A DNA stretch of 61,064 bases, counting the filler, from Sphacelaria rigidula (Eukaryota), in the NCBI GenBank assembly GCA_964200075.2. It is 10 parts of 10 records of this genome, joined end to end, with 100 filler letters (N's around TTAATTAATTAA, not from the genome) between each part and the next. Parts side by side here need not be neighbours in the genome. Positions count along the whole stretch, not along the records: positions 48,933 to 54,948 come from CAXNAA020022776.1; positions 55,049 to 61,064 come from CAXNAA020022777.1; 8 more parts are not named here. One strand, 5' to 3'. The stretch's first letter is position 1, and each line of letters begins with the position of its first letter. Below are positions 49,156 to 61,064 of the stretch, piece after piece. The position numbers were made by a program, and so were the translations under genes. Under the pieces are notes generated by a model. That model was not told where the DNA came from. It worked only from the letters and a program-made list of their open reading frames with translations, and made no database searches.

Positions 49156-51150
49156 GAGGTCAACTGTTATGAACTTCAGCCCCAAAGCAACAGTGCCTCC
49201 CCTGGCCTAAAGTCGTGACAAATGGTTTTCGTATGGACGATCTCATGCCCCCCGACTTCCCTGAAACTATTTTTTGGAGTTTCCCGCGTCTTCCGTTCCC
49301 CAAGGGGTATCGCCCTCCCCCCCCCAGAAGGGTGTGTGCGAAAGAGCCATCCGGGGTGAAAAAGCGTCCCTTTCTCCACCACGAAATCGAATCAAAAGGG
49401 TGTTGTTGCACACACATACCTCACGAAGGAACAGAAGGGGGGAATCTCTCAAAAATAGTATCAGGGAGGTTGTGTTTTGGATTAGATAAAGGGTCCTAAC
49501 AATTCTAACCTCAGAAAATATATGTGTACCCCTACCGTAGCATCACACCACAGTAAGTTCGGACCGAAACATATCAGATGCTTGATCGGGCCGACAAACA
49601 TGAGGTCGCTTGTGCGGTACAGTAGCCATATAATACTCCGCAAAATCTGAACGAACATGTGACCATTTCCCCCTGAATATCTGGCAATAGCCGAGCCTTC
49701 GCTCGAGAATTGCTGTATTGCAACGGGATCAGAACAGCTTTGCCACGCCACCTCTTTCGCTGAGGTTGGTGTTGTCTTCACATTAAACACTACCGGTATC
49801 TACGCGGTACTCATTTCTCCATGCCGGGCATCTGATGCGGACGCCTTTCGTGGTCACACAGTAAGTACCCAAAATAAGGTACACGGAAATTAAATAAAAA
49901 TAAAGCAGGTCCTCTGGAGAAAATAAAAATAGACGCGATATGAATCAGAAAAACTACTGCTAACCCTATAAGATCCAGAGCCGCAGGCGACCGTTCCGAC
50001 TACTGGAGGCACTCGACACGCGAAGCCGAACAGGGAAGGAGTCAAACCCAGAGACCATTTATCAGTACCCATAGCAGCAGGAATCGTATATTTTCAACCT
50101 TATACCTCTAATAGGTCGAATTGTATTACCCGCCAGGGGTTACATCGGTTATATCCTTTCCCCGACAATATCTACACACGCCTGGGGGTATCACAAACGA
50201 AGGTACACATGTTGCTGGTATACTCTATTCCAAGACGACGGCACGGTAGCCCACATTCTCATTACGCTGGAATATTCCATCTCATGTTTTCACCGGCCAT
50301 GTGCGCAGATTTTAGAGGGACAGCCATGTGAACAATTATACGGGACATGGCAAAAAAATCGCCACATAACAATATACCACATCGAGAGAAGGGTATAATG
50401 GAAAAAAAAGAAAAGTAGCGAGAAGAAAAAAGACATGAGGGGGGGGGGGGTCATATATTGCTCACCATTGACCAAGCATCCCTTTCGAGACCGAGCACTG
50501 TTCCCACTCGCAATGAAGACACCTCCAACATTTGGGCGCTCATTACATTTCTTCCATATACTACATGAAACATTTTACATATCTTATCCATAATCGGCGC
50601 GACCCGTGCCCGCCCCCGTACGGGGCGGATCCCCCCCGGATCTCACACAACGGGGGGGGAAACGTGCTCGGGCGCGCCAGCGCTCCCTGGTTGCCGGATG
50701 CGGCTTACTTCGCGCAAGCAGCACTACTCACCCTCCCACAGGTGTGCTTCCTGCGAAGGAACTGGCTGTCTCGTGGTGACCCCTGCAACGTGGATGTTGG
50801 GAAGGCGGTACACACCTCGCATATGACTGCACATTGCTTTCCAAAACCCCGTGATCCGCAGTCTACCAAAATCACTTAACCGAGTGTGTTTTTGTTCAGA
50901 GATGTTTTGTTTGATACTTATCAGAAGGACAAAATAAGTTCGCCGTGAACAACAAATCAAGTAGCTCACTAGGCAACCTGGCACACTCTCAAGCACAAAC
51001 TCGTGCGTTTGGTTCTCATCATTGCCACTTCTTGACCGTTTTTTTTTCTGCCAGTACCATGCCCATGCTGTATGGAGTATATTGTATGCGTGCTATAAAG
51101 GCTGCACAGCATATTAACAGCGATGAATTCTACACGGAGTGACGGAACTC

Positions 51151-51390
51151 TGTGAAGCGCCCTGTGTGGCGCAAAATAATACCCTACAGTGAAATCCCCG
51201 CGAGAAACCCTGCACAGTTTCCCTGAACCCTGTGAAGCGTCCTGTGGGGCGCAAAAAACAAACTACAGCTATATCCCCGCGAGAAACACTGCACAGTTTC
51301 CCTGAACCCTGTGAAGCGTCCTGTGGGGCGCAAAAAAAACTACAGCCAGATCCCCGCAAGAAACACTGCACAGTTTCCCTGAACCCTGTA
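51151..51390. repeat. ~79-bp tandem repeat x3
   Basis: TGTGAAGCG starts at 51151, 51231 and 51310; each unit ends TGCACAGTTTCCCTGAACCC. Confidence 0.9.
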
Positions 51391-52014
51391 GATGTGCCCC
51401 ACAGGGTGCTATTCGTCCACGTGTGCTGCGATCCTTCGATGAAGGATTCAGCTTTAGCAGCAACAAGGGGGGCATGGTCGCTTACTTATGTGCTCGAAAG
51501 AACCGGCATTGGTGATAGTGGGGTGGTGATGACCTCTCTACGGCAGTGACGCTACATCACTACAGCTCGCCACAACACACGAGACATCTCGGGACTGTGA
51601 GCTGTTGAAACACGCTAAACATAAAACTCGAAACCCTGGTGGAGGTATACAAATCAGAACACTATGGTATGAAAATCTGTGTGCTGCCATAATATCGTTC
51701 CCGAAACCAAATTGACCGCGGACTTGTTTCACCAGAATTCAAAAATCTGTGGGCCAAAGATCTGTTGCCATAACATCCGGCCTCAGGAGGGATGAGGTCG
51801 TCCATATAAAAGTCATTGGTCATGAATTTAGGCCAGGGAAAGCACGGCTTTTGAGTTGAACCTAATTTTTCTTTTCAAACCCATTTTCGAAAATCCACTG
51901 TTAGTTCACATTATCATCACATACGCTTAGCAGGCAGGCGACCCAGTTACTTTTGTACATGGTCAATATATAGAAATGCGTCGGCCAGCACTGCTGCATG
52001 ACTCTTGCGGAAGT

Positions 52015-52355
52015 TGTACCTTGGTTGTACCTTGGTTGTACTACTTCTTCTTCTTTTCCCACACACTTTGAACCCCTCCCATTCCTCGCGATGAGTTCGT
52101 GGTCTGAAGGGATCGACCCATCTCTCCCCCGGTGCGCGCCTTTCATTCTGGTCTCGTGGATTGGGTTAGCACTCCCGCACCGCGTCAACTCACGTCACAT
52201 AAACCCAGTCGACTACTTAGTTTACTCACGTTCTCACGCTTTCGACGGTGGAAATCATACATTACAGAGAAAAAACCCAACGCATCGAGAATCGAACCCT
52301 CGTTCTCTCCGCCGTAATGGCAACAGTCAGACCATTACACCACCGGGGCGCGGCG
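52015..52355 (-). mobile_element. SINE family B copy
   Basis: Reverse complement of 10409-10745; head GCGCCCCGGTGGTGTAATGG...GGTTCGATTC. Confidence 0.82.
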
Positions 52356-52361
52356 ACTTGA

Positions 52362-52652
52362 AGCACCAGCCGGGATCACACAGGAGAAAGGCTATCACAA
52401 GGCCCTTTTTTATATTGTTTTAGTAAACCCCCTTCCTTCTGCGGTGCTTGTCTTTCTTTTATACCGCGAGAGGGGTTCAGCAGTCCCTTTCCCTCGTCGA
52501 CCGTTGAGTCGAGTATCGTGAACCCACGTCATGGTCGCTCTCCAATGTTGCGGGCATGGTGTGAGAAAAAATCCTAGATCGCTACGAGATTTGAACCCAC
52601 GACCCAACTGTCAGAAGGTTTCGAGGTTTCCAACTGAGCCGCCGGGGCGACC
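52362..52652 (-). mobile_element. SINE family A copy, 3'-truncated, abutting SINE B
   Basis: Colinear with 45720-46020. Confidence 0.85.
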
Positions 52653-52752
52653 AGCTTCATGTGTGTACTATGATCCATTACATTATTATATACTCACCAT
52701 CATCCACCAACGACCATTCCTCGATTCCTCGCCCACCTTAATGATCGTTCTG

Positions 52753-53805
52753 ACAGTGGATCCTGGAAAACGGGGTCTATCTCAAAAATGAGGTTGGAGT
52801 GGCATTTCTTTTTTGCAGGTATGGCGCGAAACACTTACGACCGAGCGAAGCCATCTTCCCCCTCCCAAATGTTCGCAGCAGTTGAGCAGCTGTGGCTAGG
52901 TGCACCTAACCAATGCGGTGTACACGCGTGTCGATGACGATATCACCAAAGAGAGAAGCAACGACAGAGAGGAAGCTCCTCGCCCGGGTCCTTTGTGTGT
53001 CCTGGCTCGGCGATTACCAAACTCTCGACAGACTGGCATCATCGATGTTACCAGCATGTACCCAATTTTCCATGTGCCGAAACATCGAGCCGCGGAGAGA
53101 TTTTCTCTCGTCTTACAATTGCCTGTCGAGCTCACGAATGCGAAGATCGATTTATTTTGCCTCTCACTTTGGACAAGACGCGCCTCTGTGCGCTGAAAAA
53201 CATGTCGTTGAAAAACATGGTAATGTTCCCGTTACCGCTACTACTGTTGTTTGTCAGACACATGTCTGCAAGGAAGGGCGGTGGTGCGGCCATAACAAAC
53301 AGACTCAATTTGAACTTGGGGGGTGTTATTCATCATTGATTTTACCCACATCTGATCCTCTGGGGGCCCGACGAGAATAACGTGCCACACGTCAGTTGAG
53401 GGGGTGTATGAGAGATCAAACACTTGTAGAGACCTTCTTGACATGCGAAGTGAAAAAAGATACGTATGGTGGTGACCTAACTGTTATGAGTGTGGCGCAT
53501 AGGAGTCCGTCCATGCTGCAATCTGGAGTACACGCTGGTCGCGTGAACACCTCGGTGCAGTACGAGTAGCTTTCCAGAATTATTCCGATGTGAGGAGGTC
53601 ATGCATCACAAGCTGGGACGAGAGTGCTATACGATCAACCACTTGTCGTTGCATTCGAGACCCACGCCATCAACCGTCGACAGCAAAGGTCTTGTGGCTT
53701 TCTCGCAACGCTGTCTGTAGTACGGCAGGCAAACCCGATCATAGCTAGCTTCCGTTGCTACCGTACTTATTCCCGACCGAAGTTCGCAACGGGTATGGAA
53801 GCTAA
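52753..53805. repeat. Interspersed family D, long copy
   Basis: Colinear with 55049-55968 over ~850 bp and with the reverse complement of 36745-37042. Confidence 0.8.
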
Positions 53806-55048
53806 ACAGTTGATTTTTCTCAACTTCACCCACCCAATTCAAGCGACTCTCAAGACCTGAGGGAAGGTGGCCGCCTCGGGTCCGGCTAAATACGCAAAAA
53901 TACCGTCGAACAGCAATATCAAGCTCTTCTGGGATTGGCATCAGGCAGTCCGTGGAGAACGGAACAGAAATAGACAAGTTACCGTTCGTTTCGGGAAACA
54001 ATGCGCATGAAACGCTTTGCAGGCTGGAAAACACGCACTTTCATGGAGAAGAAACTCTCCGTACCCCCATTAGTATTATGCGGTTGTAAAAGCTTTGCTG
54101 TCCTTCATTAATACCTGGCGGGGGGACAGGGAAGCCGTCCTCCTACACGCTACGGCCGAAAAAAAACGAATAACTGCAGAACCGCGACGTACCAACGAAG
54201 ATGATGGGCCAAAAAACACAAGCAAAAAACACCTGCAGGGTCGGCTAGTGACTGGCCCAGAGCAAACCCGTTCTCATGGGCTATGGTACCACCACAGGAC
54301 GCCAGACCTATGCTTTACAAGGCGACCGAAACGCGGAAGACGAAGCATGAAGCTGTGTACCGCTGCCTCACACGTCATCGACGCAGGCAATTTCCGTCGA
54401 CGGCTTCGAAGCGCTCTCCGTCTCAATGGATACCCCCTATTCCTCTGCAACTGTTAAGTGCAGGCCTCGAGTCTACAGTCACACTGTACATGATGGTGCA
54501 AGCATGTTTGGTTATGAAACCACTATGCTAAAGTTGGTAAAAAATGGCCGGTAACGGCAAACCTCGAATAAACTGGATAAACTGGCGTCCTCGTCGCCAG
54601 TTCCAATTTAGCTCCAGTTCCAGTTTAATAAATCGACAGTATACACTGGTGGTCCACTTCACAGCCTCACAAAATGTCCTATTTCAAATTATAACTACTA
54701 TAGCAGGACCTCTCTTCACTGCCCACAGCTCAATGCTGGCGATAGTGCGTGTTGCTGAAGGCTATTATTGAAAGAGCGGTCAGGACTATCCAGCGTAGAT
54801 GGGGAGTCGAAACGAAGACTTCCCCGCTGCGTCTCCCCGGCCGGTTGTTACCTCAAGCGTGGTCTAATAAACCGTAAAACCCAGAGCAAGCCAAAACATA
54901 AAATCAACACCACCACGTGCACCGGGAGCACACTTCAATCACGACAAANNNNNNNNNNNNNNNNNNNNNNNNNNNNNNNNNNNNNNNNNNNNTTAATTAA
55001 TTAANNNNNNNNNNNNNNNNNNNNNNNNNNNNNNNNNNNNNNNNNNNN

Positions 55049-55968
55049 TATCACCAGAGAGAGAAGCAACGACAGAGAGGAAGCTCCTCGCCCGTGTCCT
55101 TTGTGTGTCCTCGCTGGGCGATTACCAATCGCTCGAGAAATTGGCATCACCGATGTTATTACACCAGCATGTGCCAAATTTTCCATGTGCCAGAACATCG
55201 ACGTGCGGGGAGATTCCGTTTCTTCTTGCCTGTCGAGCTCATGAACGCGAAGATCGATTTTTCTCTGCCTCTCCTTTTGGACAGGACGAGCCTCTGTGCG
55301 CTGAAAAACATGTCGTTAAAAAATTGGGCAATGTTCCCGTCACCGCTACTACTGTTCTCTGCCACACACATGACAGCAAGGGCGGTGCTGAGGCAATAAC
55401 AGATAGATCCAATTTGAACTTAGGGGGTGTTATTCATCGTTGATTTTTGCCGACCTCCCCCTAACCGGGTGCCCGAGCAGAAGAGTGTGCCACACGCCAG
55501 TTGAGGGGGATGTATGAAAGATCAAACACTTGTAGAGACCTTCTTGACATGCGGAAAAAGATACCTATGGTGGTGACCTAACTGTTGCTAGCGTGGCTCA
55601 TAGAAGTCCGCCCATGTCGCAATCTGCAGCACAGGCTGGCCGCGTAAACACCTCAAAATTAGGTACAACAGTACGAGTAGCTTCCCATAATTAATAATTA
55701 TTTCGACGTCAGGAGGTCATGGAGTATTACAACTTGGGAGAAGAGACGAGAGTGCTCTACGATCAACCGCATGTCGTTGCATTCGAGACCCACGCCATCA
55801 ACCGCCGACAGCAAGGGTCTTGTGGCTTTCACGTGACGCTGTCGGCAGTACGACAGGCAAACCGGATCATAGCTACCTTTCGTTGCTCTACCGCACGTAC
55901 TCCCGTCTGCTCAGAGGTGGTCACGGTGACAACACGCACCGAAGTCGCAACACCTGTGAAAGCTAGAG
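55049..55968. repeat. Interspersed family D copy
   Basis: Colinear with 52941-53805. Confidence 0.8.
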
Positions 55969-55984
55969 AATGCGTGCCTCTATT

Positions 55985-56400
55985 TCAATCTCTATCCAAC
56001 GCATACCCCATGTACCATATGACCTCTCCGAGATTATTCGTGGGGAACTTGTCGTTCAAAATTTTGCCCACATTTCGCACATTTTCCTCAGTGCCACTGA
56101 TCAGAATGTCATCCACATGGACGACTAAAATCACAAGCACGTCTCCCGCATCTTCCGTCTTTAAAACACAAGGGTCAGCATCACACTGCACCATCCCGAC
56201 ATCCTTCAATAAAGTTTGGCACAGAGGTCGTGACCACTGCCTGCCTGCTTGCTTGATCCCGAAAATAGATTTTTCGAGCTTAACGGTTACGTCTGTCAAA
56301 CCGTAGCAACCATCAGGCAACCTTACGTGCACGTCAGTATCCATCTTCGCTTGAACAAGAGCCTGTGTTACGTCGAAATGGTACAGTGGCCACTGTGTCG
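55985..56400 (-). mobile_element. Ty1/Copia reverse transcriptase fragment
   Basis: WPLYHFDVTQALVQ...KLEKSIFGIKQAGRQW...DPCV...VVHVDDILISG...NLGEVIWYMG (RVT_2-type motifs). Confidence 0.92.
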
Positions 56401-56419
56401 CAATGGCCGAGGGGGCAAA

Positions 56420-56655
56420 GGAGAGACTGTTCGTGAAGGCAGTGTAGATGTTTCTGCGACTTCAGACTCTTGTCGAGGTGTGAGGAGGACCACGGTATTG
56501 TTTTGTACGACGACAACGAGGGAGCGAAGGCTCTGGCCAAAACTCCCCCGAGTTCCGAAAGGAGTAAGCACACCGACGTGAGATATCGCTTCATTCGAGA
56601 GCTGGTGGGGACGGGAAATATCAGGGTCGTGCATGTAGATTCAGGATGGTAGCAT
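56420..56655 (+). mobile_element. Ty1/Copia RNase H C-terminal fragment
   Basis: LYDDNEGAKALAKTP..SERSKHTDVRYRFIRELV..GNIRVVHV. Confidence 0.88.
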
Positions 56656-56814
56656 CAGGGGGCAGCGAAAAAACAATCAGGACAACACGTAGGCTCCAAG
56701 ATCGAAAATTCGAGTTTTTCAGGGGGGGGAGACACCCAGCTGTGTGTCCCCTGGTTTTTTGCCGAAGCGTTGGCGGATGCGGTCAGCTGCCGTAGACAGA
56801 AGAGAACCTTATGT

Positions 56815-56975
56815 GTTATATTTCATATATTATATGATATATATTATATGATATATATTATATATCATATAGTATGTATATATATCACAGTTCTATATTA
56901 TACATATGCTTCTTCTCCTTAATATATACAATATTATATACTATACAATATATTATATATTATACATGTACATGT
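56815..56975. repeat. AT-rich degenerate (TA)n tract
   Basis: Low-complexity TATA runs. Confidence 0.8.
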
Positions 56976-59091
56976 ATCATTTCGCATTTTTCGCCACTTT
57001 TGCCGAGTGTTCTCTGGCTGCAAGGCATCTTAGCCCGCGCTTTTTTTTGCAGTTCACGAAGGAGGATCAGCGGTACATTACAGTTCAGGTTTGAGTGTCA
57101 TCTGATACCTTTGGCGCGTGTTCTTGCCATCGAAAGTCGCCCACACTGGCTCTTTTTCGCGGGGTGTCGATCCCGAACCACAAAAGCCTTTCCAAGATCG
57201 TCGAAAACTTCAAACAAGAACCAAAAAAGCCCGCTCATGGCGGGGTATTTTTTCACCGTGATTTTCTTTGCGTTCTCGATGATTTGGGAACACGAAGACA
57301 TTGGTTCTGCAGCGAATGTCACGAGAACATGAGAGCAAAGCAGTTGAGAACAGCTGGACATTGCCTTGACTTGGTCAGCAGCAAACACAAGTCGAATGAT
57401 CTGAGATCCCTCATCATTTAGTTTTGACGTGAAGCCTCTGACACGGTCACATCTGCGTAATATGTGCCCCAATTATGCGAACGTAACAGTCCACAAAAAA
57501 AGCATCGCAAAGAACACTGAAGAATGTGTACATTGGTATTAGAGGAAGGGGTCACAATCACAGCTGCAGCAGGGGAAGTCGCTGATGGCCCTGTGTGCAT
57601 TGATACGGTGGATACCCACGGTGCGTGGCATTTTGTTTCTTCAACATCCTGCTGTCTGATGACGGCTAGAGAGAGTGGGGTACAATGATAGTTGATCACG
57701 CAGGCCGCGACGGATCCTGCCGGCCTCATCATCAATCTTCGCCCAGTTACGGATGAACGCTCGAAGAAACCCAGCAAATAAGCATCGGTTATGGTCCGCT
57801 ATATATGTAAGGGTTGGGAGCTGAACATTTCCGCTTCAAAAATCTCGACAGTCGAAGATTGAGCTCCTGTCGCGCGACCAGTGGGTAGTGCTGCGAACCC
57901 TTGCCGACGTACCTGGCACTGGGGGCGACATCCCGATACAGACAGTCCCAACACTACCGGGACGGCCGTGCACAGGCTGGCAGCCGGAATGGCCGTTGCG
58001 CTGGTGTTCTTCTAGCGTTAACAACTTAGAGTATGGTCGCACAGGCTTTGCACGTGAATATTTCGGTGATTGCCTCACTTCCACTTCGGCCATGTGCTGT
58101 GGAATATTTGACTATTTCACGATCTCACCGCCTGGTATGTATAGAATTGTATTACACCCTACACAAGAGCTTTCTACAGTCAGTATACAATTTCAAAACA
58201 TCTATTGTGCACAGTATAGAAGCTATTGCCTTCTGCGACGTGCACAATACTCGTACAAAAGTGGGAACTGCGCGCAGTATGACCTCAAGACAGTGTAGAA
58301 ATCTCCACGCGGTATGAATTGTTACAGCCGGCTTGCGCGCCATAGCGGCTGTGTTACCATCCGCTCAAGATACACGCAGGAATTATAGCGGCAGAGGCGG
58401 CCTATAACTCTTGCGTGCGCCATCTAGGGCAAATGCACACTTTGCTGCAACACCGACCGCTGTACTAGATGTGGCAGAGCGAGGGGTGGTACACGACGTA
58501 CACACATACAGCAAGCAACATCATATGCTGTATACAAGTGTGATTTGAAATCCGTGCGCGCGGGGTCGGGCCGGCATTTAGAGAATCCTGCACGAGTTCG
58601 CCGTGTACTACCGGGACGCGACCTTATTTCAGTAGCGATCACTTGCGATGTGTGCTGTGACGGGTCCCGTGCGTGATGGTGATTTTTCCACCTCAGCACA
58701 CCGCCCGTGAAGCGAGCTCTTCATGCTGGAAGTGTCCACCGCTCTTCCCGCCACTCTTGGTCCCAGACATTCGAAACTGCGAAATGTGATAATACGAGTA
58801 TCTACTGGAAGGTACATATTCTCCCACACAATTGCCTCTATAATATGGAAAAGGAATAACACAGGTATATCTTCGACTTGCGTCACCCCCGGGAGGCCAG
58901 TATCAACCTCCCGAAGGGGAACCTTGTATATATATATATATATATGAGTATTATTTTCTGCCGGTGCATGCCAGAGCAGTGTGGTACTTCGCCTCAGCAT
59001 GTTTTTTCATGGATACGAGGGTCCACACCCTAAATATTGCGGTCGTAGTAGGTGACCCGTAAGTTTTCTCCCCACATCCTTTTGTTTCTTA

Positions 59092-59543
59092 GGCTACTTC
59101 TTATGTATCGAAAAATATAACTTTTTGAAAAGTGCATTTCTGATCCTTCTTCATCGTTTTTCGCCCGAAAAGAGGGCCAGGGGGGATGTTGACACCTTGG
59201 AATGACTTGCTGTGCTCGTTGAGATCGTTCTAGAGCGCCTTTGCGGTTTCCGTAGGTCACGATTTCGTTTTTGACCAAACTTGTATTTTCAATAACAAAC
59301 AGTCAAGTTATCAGAAAACATGGGGGAAACTGCCATTCGTCTTATATCTTGACCTTTTGTTGTTGGGACTGCAAGTTTGGTCAAAAACAAAACTGTGACT
59401 TGCGGGAACGGTCTCAACGAACATAGCAAGTCATTCCAAGGTGTCAACATACCCCTGGCCCTCTTTTCGGGCGAAAAACGATGAAGAAGGGTCGAAAATG
59501 CACTTTTCAACAAGATTTATTTTTCGATACATAGGAAGTAGCC
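59092..59543. mobile_element. Harbinger-like MITE with ~140-bp TIRs
   Basis: TTA|GGCTACTTCTTATGTATCGAAAAA ... TTTTTCGATACATAGGAAGTAGCC|TCA. Confidence 0.85.
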
Positions 59544-60723
59544 TCACGACTGGGTATGAATGTGATTCTGCGCAAGACCTTTTCCGCCGAAGTAATGTGA
59601 CAAAGGCCGGCTCTTTTCTTCTTCTTTATTTTATATCCTTCTCTCTCTTCTTTTATTTAGTTTTCTCCTTGTCTTTTACCCATCTATTCTCTCCTCCTGT
59701 CCTGGTCTACTCTGTTGTTGTGTTCTATATTTTTTGTTCCTTTTTTCTTCAGCGAGTGTTTCGGTTTTGTTTTGTGTTGGGTACGCCCATCATGTGGTCA
59801 CGGCTGGATCCCTGGGGGGTCAGATAAAATGCGATAATCACTTAATATATAACTCAATCAGGTTATTGATTTATACCCTTCCCAACACACCCTTGGAACC
59901 TTAGTGGCCATGGTGTTCCCCGATGGGGTTAGAGGTAGTCGTATGGTTTATCATTAAGCCATTCATCTCCTGCAGTGAATATTCTCTCCCGAACTATTGT
60001 GGGACATGAGCGCTGTCTCCCAGCTCGGGGGGCAGAGCTCAGGATCGCGGTTTCACAGATGCATCACGGCCTACTCGAGCCATTTAGCACTCAAGTGTGC
60101 ATTGGCGCCGCGAGGCCAAGCTCAGGGGACAGACGCACTATGGGGCGAGGGGGTAGGTCTACCTCAGTTCGTCTACCCAAATCCATAGCTGACATATTTG
60201 TGAAACAACGCCAACCCTAACCCTAGCTCTCACCCTAACCCGAACCAAGGCATACGGATAACCCTCGGGCAAGGGGGGGGGGAGGATGCCCTAGACAAGG
60301 TGTGCGTTAGCAGACCTCAAATCGGGGCCGCAGGTGCCGATTTGGACAAAAACGCGTTCTGTGCATGTGCACGCTAGGAGCACTCGAGACCGTCAGCCCC
60401 ACCAAAGATTCGAATCCCGGTGTTGATACTCAAATCAGCTTCGTTCCAACCATAAATTTTGGGATGAAGAACTGGAGGGGCAAATTCAACTGGGTGCATC
60501 AGGGCATGGGTGTTATGCCACTTCCACTACTGCCACCCTACGTCTGTTGGCGCTACTTCAAAATCAACAAGCACACGCTACAAAAGAACAGGGCGAAAAA
60601 CACACACACAAAAGGGAAGAAGGGAGTAAATGAAGAAAAAAGTCGAACAAGGACACACCACGACTACGAATGATCAGCCACATCGCATGAACAAGCCGGG
60701 CATATGATATACAAAAGACGAAC

Positions 60724-60938
60724 CTTGTGAGCAGCCTCGAACGCAGCACCGCCCTTGATCAACACCCCATTCTTTGCTCCCACCCCGGTCCCCACCATCA
60801 CGGCAGTGGGAGTCGCCAACCCCAGAGCGCATGGACACGCCACGACTGTGACAGCGACGGCCGTCAGTAGAGCGTAGAGCAAGGCATCTGCAGCGAGGCT
60901 GTCAGGCTCTGGTGCAACCAGATCTTCGCCCAGCCACC
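60724..60938 (-). CDS. P1B-type heavy-metal (Cu+) transporting ATPase, internal exon
   Basis: [33 protein letters not shown]: the CPC transmembrane motif of ATP7/CopA/HMA5-type pumps. Donor AAG|gttcgt; 5' boundary tentative. Confidence 0.9.
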
Positions 60939-61064
60939 CTGGTCTTGGATTTCGAGAAAGCACCGTATACCTTCGTCGAATGGTTTGGTGTGAGCGCGCG
61001 CGGGGGGGGGCGTACTCATTTGTTGCTTGCCTTAGTCATTTGACCATTGACCACGCATCCCTTT

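Noticed and set aside
50600..50662. Helitron 3' hairpin
   Set aside because: GC-rich stems are present, but there is no properly spaced CTRR terminus and no second copy to define the ends.
60214..60247. Telomere (CCCTAA-like units; also inside family C)
   Set aside because: Only a few degenerate units, located internally.

Overview
Eukaryotic, transposon-rich genomic DNA, most likely from a brown alga (Phaeophyceae). That inference rests on an EsV-1-7 repeat gene, long-intron gene fragments and stramenopile-type Gypsy elements. The window is not one locus. It is ten pieces of 6016-6017 bp joined by identical artificial 100-bp spacers (N44-TTAATTAATTAA-N44), so nothing should be linked across spacers. 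Host gene fragments: four in-phase exons of a DUF4336 gene, a 17-repeat EsV-1-7 gene with a 1-bp frameshift, a sorting-nexin PX exon and a P1B Cu-ATPase (CPC) exon. The rest is mostly mobile DNA: two tRNA-derived SINE families; hAT-, Mutator-, piggyBac- and Harbinger-type MITEs with readable TSDs; Gypsy, Copia and LINE remnants; and several minisatellites. The most unusual signals are four. (1) Very small elements with retroviral-integrase-type signatures: a 36-bp hairpin with LTR-like TGTGACG...CGTCACA ends and a 4-bp TSD, an AGT...ACT element with a 6-bp TSD (Polinton-like) whose empty site is in the window, and a TGT...CA MITE carrying telomere-like hexamers. (2) A Gypsy integrase ending in a chromodomain plus a Tudor-like domain. 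(3) A Gypsy family with a palindromic, non-tRNA primer-binding region. (4) A 5-repeat block duplication in the EsV-1-7 array. All assignments are by eye; no database search was run.
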